Source of the DNA: Octopus vulgaris
Lineage: Eukaryota
DNA: 64,000 bases
NCBI GenBank assembly: GCA_951406725.2
Contig: OX597821.1
Location: forward strand, 34,720,001 to 34,784,000
Direction: 5' to 3'
Shown here: positions 56,932 to 64,000 of the stretch, in pieces
Layout of the letters: the number at the start of each line of letters is the position of its first letter
Numbering within the stretch: the stretch's first letter is position 1
Made by a program: the position numbers and the translations under genes
Notes under the pieces: generated by a model
What the model was told of the DNA's origin: nothing
Seen by the model: the letters and a program-made list of their open reading frames with translations, nothing else
Databases searched by the model: none

Positions 56932-57801
56932 TATATATATATATATATTCTTATATATGTATACATACATACACGTATATATATGTCTACATTTGTAATG
57001 TAAATGTATATATGCATACATATACGTATATACATATATATACACAATATAAATATATATGTGCATATGTATTTGCACATACGTACATATATATGTATGT
57101 ATGCATGTACGTATACACACACACACACACACACAAGTAGATACCTGTGTATGTGTATACATATTCACAAACAGTTACAGGGGTGTTGAGAGTGTGTATA
57201 TAGTCGTGAGAAAAGAAGAGAAGACCATATTTAAAGGGGAAAATGGTAAACATGAAAAAAAAAAAAAAAAAAAAAATATGAACGGTAGAGATGAGTGATT
57301 GCGCGTGTGAAGGGCTGAGTGAAGGATTGTATATATATGAAGGAGTTTGAGAAATGTTAAAAATGAGAAAGAGAACATGTGTTTATGGGAGTATTTCACG
57401 GAGAGAGAGAGAAAGAGAAAGATAGATAGATAAAGAAAGAGAGAGAGAGAGGAAGTGACAGTGGAAAGAAAGAAAAGGATATGTGTGTGTGTGTGTGTGT
57501 GTATAAATATATATATATATATTATATATATATATATATATACACACATACATATATCTATATGCATGTATGTAGAAACTAGTACTATTTATGTATGTGT
57601 GTATGTGTGTTTGTGTATATGTGAACATAAATATATTAACAAGCGAGTATGATATATGCAAATACCTATATACATTACAAACACACGCGCATACATACAT
57701 ACATACATACATATATACATACATACATACATACATACATACATACATACATACATACATACATACATACATACATACATACATACATACATACATACAT
57801 G

Positions 57802-57845
<44 letters not shown>

Positions 57846-58206
57846 TGTGTAAGACACTTCTCTACATCACTTCTTTAATCTAAAGCTTTGCTAAAGCAAG
57901 CAAGATTCCAGTTTGACGTAAAGCGAAAAATCTGCTGGAATAGTTGAAGACGTCATCAGTGCCATGGTAACGTGGTTGAATGCACTTGTATAAATCGACC
58001 TAAGACGAATATGCGCTAGTTACATCATATACACACCCACACACGCGTATACTATATGTGCATGGATTCATGCATTCATACATGCGTGCATTGAAAGACA
58101 AGCATACAAATGCAGATGTACATGTGCACGCGTACATGCATACATACATATATGTGCTTGTGTATACATTAATATAGGTATGTGTATATGTATGTATATA
58201 TGCATG

Positions 58207-58256
<50 letters not shown>

Positions 58257-58567
58257 TACATACATATATATTTATATACACTGTATGTATGAATGCAAAA
58301 CAACAGTGTATGAATGTAAACATTTATTTGTATGTATTGCAAGTGAATTTATAATGTATACAAATATTCAATTATATACCCACGTAAATTCGTGCATATA
58401 TTCATATGTACATATTTAATTAAATAGAAAGTACAGGCATACGCATAAACATGCTTACTAATCATAATATATAGAGAACCAAACGTGTATATATAAAATA
58501 AACCATTAATATTATATGAATACATAGTACTCATACCCATCTACACTCACACACATGCATACAAAGC

Positions 58568-58602
<35 letters not shown>

Positions 58603-58662
58603 CAGTACACACATACATACATACACACATACATATATATATATATTGTTGTTTGTACATAA

Positions 58663-58776
<114 letters not shown>

Positions 58777-58844
58777 CGGCGATGCATCTGCATGGCCGCA
58801 GCTCTGAGCTGAAACTAGAGAGAAAAAATGTTTATATATATAGT

Positions 58845-59127
<283 letters not shown>

Positions 59128-59176
59128 GTATGTATATATATATATATGTATATATATGTATATATGTATATATATG

Positions 59177-59212
<36 letters not shown>

Positions 59213-59217
59213 TATGC

Positions 59218-59249
<32 letters not shown>

Positions 59250-59271
59250 GTATATATATATATATATATAC

Positions 59272-59318
<47 letters not shown>

Positions 59319-59404
59319 TATGCATATATATATATATATATACACATATATATACATATATATATGCATATATATATATATACACATATATATACATATA
59401 TATA

Positions 59405-59444
<40 letters not shown>

Positions 59445-59550
59445 TACCGGAGTAAACACATAAATGTGAAACAAGGTGGAAAAAAGAGTACTCAAATACC
59501 AGTGGTAGTGTAATATGCTTTATTTTAAGCAGCAGAAAATTCAACAAAAT

Positions 59551-59588
59551 CTGTTACTCTGAGTTTCTCGTTGCCGTTCATCAGACAG
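59551..59588 (-). ncRNA. Minimal type I hammerhead ribozyme (inverted identical copy)
   Basis: Exact reverse complement of 59960-59997 inside a 123-bp inverted repeat. Confidence 0.8.
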
Positions 59589-59959
59589 TTTTTGCTAGAA
59601 TGGAACCGATATATCAATTCAATCTAGACTCTTACAAACGTTACACCTTTAAAAAGAAATGGACTTGTTTGATTGGCCCTTTAGAAAAAAACGGTCAATC
59701 TTCGAGCGATAAACAAAAAGGTCAAAAATATATGTATATATATATAAAAAAACTTTTAAAAAATTATAAAATCCGAGGAAAAAACCTTACATTGAATAAA
59801 ATACATATTGACGTTAATGAAGAAAGTATAAATTAATTCATAGGAATTAAACCTGTTATAAATATTACACTGCAATACATATTTTTATTAAAATGTGCAT
59901 ATATATGCGTTTGTAAGAGTCTAGATTGAATTGATATATCGGTTCCATTCTAGCAAAAA

Positions 59960-59997
59960 CTGTCTGATGAACGGCAACGAGAAACTCAGAGTAACAG
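59960..59997 (+). ncRNA. Minimal type I hammerhead ribozyme
   Basis: ctgt CUGAUGA a-cg GCAA cg-a GAAA C-UC a GA-G UA acag: intact core, GNRA-capped stem II, near-palindromic stem III, GUA site, stem I ctgt/acag. Confidence 0.8.
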
Positions 59998-60386
59998 ATT
60001 TTGTTGAATTTTCTGCTGCTTAAAATAAAGTATACACATATATATACATATATGTAAAAAGTAAAAAATATATACAAACTGGGACAAGAACGTGAAACAC
60101 CTAGGAGACGACACAAGAAACACAGGACGGGACATTCGAAGCCCTCAGTCATCAGTCAAGAACTGGATCATCTTCGCAGTTTCGGCTGATTAATCTTGAG
60201 ATTGCTCATATACATATACATACATACATATATATACATATACATACATACATATATATACATATACATACATACATATATATATATATATACACATTAT
60301 ATATATATATATACATTATATATATATATATACATTATATATATATATACATTATATATATATATACATTATATATATATATATAC

Positions 60387-60539
<153 letters not shown>

Positions 60540-60631
60540 GATTGATTGATTGATTGATTGATTCTAGTTTCAGCTTATGAGCTGTGGCCATGCTGGGGCA
60601 CCGCCATTTGGTGTTGCTACTTGGTTTCACT

Positions 60632-63600
60632 TCATGGAGGCTTTCTAGCAACTGCTATTTGGTGCATGAGAGAGTTCGATGCAGCTGCCCTCATCTGCCC
60701 CTCCTGCCGTGAAGTTGGTTCATCTGGGACACCTGACAGGAAGAGATCCAGCTTCATTTTAAAGACATCTGTATCCACCCCATGCAGGTCTCTCAGGTTC
60801 TTCGGGAGGATATTGAAGAGCTGTGGGCCTCGGAAGCCCAGGCTATCACAGTATCTTGTCCTACATCTTGATGGCAGGTTTGGAGTCCTAGGCACCACGC
60901 AGTGGCGCCCAGTTCTGGCATTCGCGTAACTCTCGATGCCAAAGTTCAGGACACTTCCCTCCAGGATCTTCCAGATGTATATTATGGCATATCTTTCCTG
61001 CCTACGCTCCAGGGAATATAATTTTAATCTCTTGAGTCTTTCCCAGTAGCTTACATTCTGCATAGAGGCTATCTTCTTTGTGTAGCTTCGTTGGATCGCC
61101 TCAAGTTCTGTGATCAACTTGACACTGGATGGTGACCATAGCTGAGAGCAATAGTCAAAGTGGCTGAGGACAAGTGTCTTCCAGAGGACCATCATGGTTT
61201 CTTGTTCTCTTGTTCTAAAGGTTCTAAGAATCCATCCAGCCAGCCGTCTACATTTCATTGTCAGTTTAGCAACATGTACATGAAAGGTCGCGTCATCACT
61301 CATGTGAATACCCAGGTCACGCACTGATTGTGCCTCTGGGATTGCAATCCCTCCGGGTCCAGTGTATTCATTGGGTATTGCATTCAGTTTTGCATGCTGA
61401 TAGTATAAAGCTTGAAACTTTCCAGCATTGAACTGCATGCTATTCTTTTCAGCCCACTTGTATATTTCGTCCAGCTCACATTGCAGGTGTTTAGTGTCCT
61501 CAGGGTTCTGTATTGCCTGTGAAACTTTTGTATCATCTGCATAACTTGTGATCGTGGCTCTCTGCGTGGCTGAGGGCATGTCTGAGAGGGCCATTATGAA
61601 CAGTAGTGGTCCCAGAACAGTGCCCTGCGGAACACCGCTCACTATTTGTGTGTTAATGGAGGTGGCCCCATTGGCTACTACCACCTGACTTCTATCCTTC
61701 AGAAAGTCATGAAGCCATTCTCCCAGTTTTCCAACTATGTTGAGATCACGCAGTTTGTGACATATCATTCCATGATCGACTTTATCAAAGGCCTTTGCAA
61801 AGTCGAGATATATCACTTCCACATTTGAGTGGTTGAGCAGCCGTTTCAGCACCCAGTCATAGTGTTGTAGGAGCTGAGTTAAACAGCTTCTCCCTGGTCG
61901 GAAACCATGTTGGGTGTCGGGCAGCAAGTCATTTTCTTCAAGGAAGGTGATCAGCTTCCTTCTGACTATTCGTTCCATGACCTTGCTGATGTGTGAGGTC
62001 AGAGAGATAGGTCTATAGTTCTTGGCTTCCGCTCTGCTACCTCCTTTATGAATGGGGCATATTTTACCTTCCTTCAGTTTTCCTGGAAGTTTGCCAGCTG
62101 CAAGGAAGCTCTGAAAGAGGAACTGCAGTGGTCTTGCTAGGACTCTCTTACATGCTTTTAGGAGGATTGCCGGGAATCCATCGGGGCCAGTAGCTGAGTC
62201 TGTTTTCATTTCATCTATAGCCTTGGTTACATCGTCTTCATTTATATCGATGTAATCTATCGTCGCCGCCTCTGATTTTATATCTGCAGTGGTAAAAAAG
62301 TCAGTTGGATTGGTGATTTGGAGATGCCCAAGGGGTGGAGTGAAAACACTCTTGAATTGCTCATTCAGTATTTCACTTACCCTCATTGGTTTTCCTGTAA
62401 GTGTGCCATCCTTTTCGAGGAGTGGCCCTATTCTACAGTGCACTGTAGCTGTTTCTTTGGCATACCTGTAGAAAGCTCTGGGGTTAGATTTTATGTTTTC
62501 TATAGCCCAGGCTTCTTTGTCTGCTCTTTCTTTTTCATGGGAGAGTTGCAGACATTTTTCGATTTCCAACAGTTTTATTTTTAGGCGGGACTTTTCACTG
62601 CTTTCAATCTGTTTGTTTAGGCGATTTGAAAATTTCGTACGCCGTCTCATTAAAATTTTCCTCTCTCTGGGGATTTTGTTCTTGTGTACAGTGGCCTTTC
62701 TCTCTGGGACACATTTGTAGCATATCGCTTGCATTACAGACATGAATTGTTGAAGTTTCACGTCAATGTCTGTCGAGGAGAGACATTCAGGCCAGTTTTG
62801 TTTGAGGATCTCTTTCTCAATTTGTTTCCAGTTTGCCTTATGGTAGTTCAAGCTGGAAAGATTTTGAGGGTTTCTTGTAGGCTGCATGTCCGTGCTCTCT
62901 TTTGGCCCGTACATGGTCAGCTCTACCATGTTGTGATCCGAGAGTAGTGTCGGTGTCACTTTCACATTATGGATGAGATCCATGTCATTTGTGAAGCAGA
63001 GATCCAGTGTGTTACCTGCCCTGGTTGGTTGGAGTATTACCTGCTCCATGTACAGGGTGTTGATGAGGTTCAGGAGAGACCTCGCCTGTCCTCGTTCACA
63101 TCTTGTCATTCCTGGGAGAGAAAGGCCCTCGGGCCATCTGACATTGGGCAGATTGAAGTCTCCCATAAGAAGCACACCTATGTGTTGTTCTAATGTGGTT
63201 AGAATTTCTTCTATTTTTATAAGGCAGTCTTCGAACTTGCACACATGGCTTGGGGCATCTGGAGGGCGATATGTAGCACACACAACTACATCAAGTTGCC
63301 TAATATGTACAATTAGTGTGTCACACACCGAGTTTGAGTATGACAAGAGGACCTGGGGTGTGAGGTCCTCACGGATGTACATAGCAACACCTCCATGACT
63401 CCTTTCTTTCCTGTCGGTCCGTAGTACAGCATACTGTGGTATGTGTAACTCCGCATCTGCTATGTCCGGTTTCAGGTGCGTTTCTGTAAGTGCTATGCAT
63501 AAGGCTTGATTGCATGCAACAAAGTCTCTCAGGAACGGGATCTTTGTCCTGTTACTGAGTGTTTGCAGTCCTCTGATGTTCAGTAGGAGTATCGAGGTGA

Positions 63601-63739
63601 GGTGTACGTTGTTGTTGCCGGCGGTGTCCATCCTGTGTCTGTTTGCTGTGGTGGTCTGGTATATAGTGGGTAGTCCCACCTGCGGGCTTGGGTTTGATGA
63701 AGCCAGGTCAGCTGCTGTACGATCTTTTGTGCCATGCAC
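60632..63739 (-). CDS. CR1-group LINE ORF2: APE endonuclease + reverse transcriptase (intact, 1035 aa; alternative start MDTAG at 63631)
   Basis: Endonuclease motifs LLNIRGL, ALTETHL, RTDR..HGGVAMY, YRPP, MGDFN, TRAGNTLDL, SDH; RT motifs NYRPISLTS, QHGFR, YLDFAKAFDKVDH, GVPQGTVLGPLLF, YADDTK; CR1-like C-terminus DYCSQLWSP..LYSLERR..PDEP; no internal stops. Confidence 0.95.
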   Translation of the reverse strand: MHGTKDRTAADLASSNPSPQVGLPTIYQTTTANRHRMDTAGNNNVHLTSILLLNIRGLQTLSNRTKIPFLRDFVACNQALCIALTETHLKPDIADAELHIPQYAVLRTDRKERSHGGVAMYIREDLTPQVLLSYSNSVCDTLIVHIRQLDVVVCATYRPPDAPSHVCKFEDCLIKIEEILTTLEQHIGVLLMGDFNLPNVRWPEGLSLPGMTRCERGQARSLLNLINTLYMEQVILQPTRAGNTLDLCFTNDMDLIHNVKVTPTLLSDHNMVELTMYGPKESTDMQPTRNPQNLSSLNYHKANWKQIEKEILKQNWPECLSSTDIDVKLQQFMSVMQAICYKCVPERKATVHKNKIPRERKILMRRRTKFSNRLNKQIESSEKSRLKIKLLEIEKCLQLSHEKERADKEAWAIENIKSNPRAFYRYAKETATVHCRIGPLLEKDGTLTGKPMRVSEILNEQFKSVFTPPLGHLQITNPTDFFTTADIKSEAATIDYIDINEDDVTKAIDEMKTDSATGPDGFPAILLKACKRVLARPLQFLFQSFLAAGKLPGKLKEGKICPIHKGGSRAEAKNYRPISLTSHISKVMERIVRRKLITFLEENDLLPDTQHGFRPGRSCLTQLLQHYDWVLKRLLNHSNVEVIYLDFAKAFDKVDHGMICHKLRDLNIVGKLGEWLHDFLKDRSQVVVANGATSINTQIVSGVPQGTVLGPLLFIMALSDMPSATQRATITSYADDTKVSQAIQNPEDTKHLQCELDEIYKWAEKNSMQFNAGKFQALYYQHAKLNAIPNEYTGPGGIAIPEAQSVRDLGIHMSDDATFHVHVAKLTMKCRRLAGWILRTFRTREQETMMVLWKTLVLSHFDYCSQLWSPSSVKLITELEAIQRSYTKKIASMQNVSYWERLKRLKLYSLERRQERYAIIYIWKILEGSVLNFGIESYANARTGRHCVVPRTPNLPSRCRTRYCDSLGFRGPQLFNILPKNLRDLHGVDTDVFKMKLDLFLSGVPDEPTSRQEGQMRAAASNSLMHQIAVARKPP

Positions 63740-64000
63740 AAAAAAGATTGTTGCTCAGCAGCTGCTCTTTCGACAACATCATGTTGGCTGTTTGTGGCGC
63801 GCACAACATCTGCGTACCTCCGCTTTGGGGCAGGTGGTGCGTAGTCCATCCCTTTTCTTTGTGTTGATGGTTTGTCCATCTGCCTCGTGTCTCTGTGGCA
63901 GGGTCCACGATGTGCAAAGCGGCAGCCTGCACCTTCCTTTCCGTGCCAGCAGGAACCTCTCAGGTAGAACATACACACCCGTGTGCGCTGTTTGGTTCCA
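63580..64000 (-). CDS. 3' part of LINE ORF1 with a CCCH zinc finger (continues beyond the window)
   Basis: CMFYLRGSCWHGKEGAGCRFAH (C-x7-C-x8-C-x3-H), then basic RRYADVV segment; immediately upstream of and overlapping ORF2 in another frame. Confidence 0.65.
   Translation of the reverse strand, partial: GTKQRTRVCMFYLRGSCWHGKEGAGCRFAHRGPCHRDTRQMDKPSTQRKGMDYAPPAPKRRYADVVRATNSQHDVVERAAAEQQSFLCMAQKIVQQLTWLHQTQARRWDYPLYTRPPQQTDTGWTPPATTTYTSPRYSY

Larger units (their letters stand above)
59447..60030. mobile_element. PLE-type terminal repeat with inverted duplicate (arms 59518-59640 and 59908-60030)
   Basis: 123-bp arms read as exact reverse complements, each carrying a hammerhead; abuts a long TA-rich tract. 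Confidence 0.8.
60540..64000 (-). mobile_element. CR1-group LINE with short 3' UTR and (ATCA)n tail
   Basis: ORF1 end + ORF2 + about 70 nt 3' UTR ending ...agctgaaactagaatcaatcaatcaat, next to a (TA)n tract. Confidence 0.92.

Overview
AT-rich, microsatellite-saturated eukaryotic DNA, almost entirely mobile-element derived. The SINE repertoire suggests an octopus (cephalopod) genome, which is my recollection and not a database result. No host protein-coding gene is recognisable, and most listed ORFs are translations of (TA)n/(CATA)n/(CA)n/trinucleotide tracts. The only intact CDS is a CR1-group LINE ORF2 (APE endonuclease + reverse transcriptase, 60632-63739, minus strand), preceded by the end of a CCCH zinc-finger ORF1. 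Also present: two decayed Penelope-like element (PLE) GIY-YIG fragments, Tx1/L1-type and RTE LINE fragments, three SINE families, MITEs, a non-autonomous Helitron and a probable solo LTR. Most notable: (1) about a dozen minimal type I hammerhead-ribozyme motifs in short PLE-type terminal repeats next to microsatellites, several in fold-back pairs; (2) a young SINE subfamily whose 3' tail matches a Tx1-like LINE and which repeatedly inserts at one site inside its own family; (3) a second SINE sharing its 3' end with the intact CR1; (4) a locally copied segment between inverted ribozyme repeats that preserves the empty site of a nearby Helitron.
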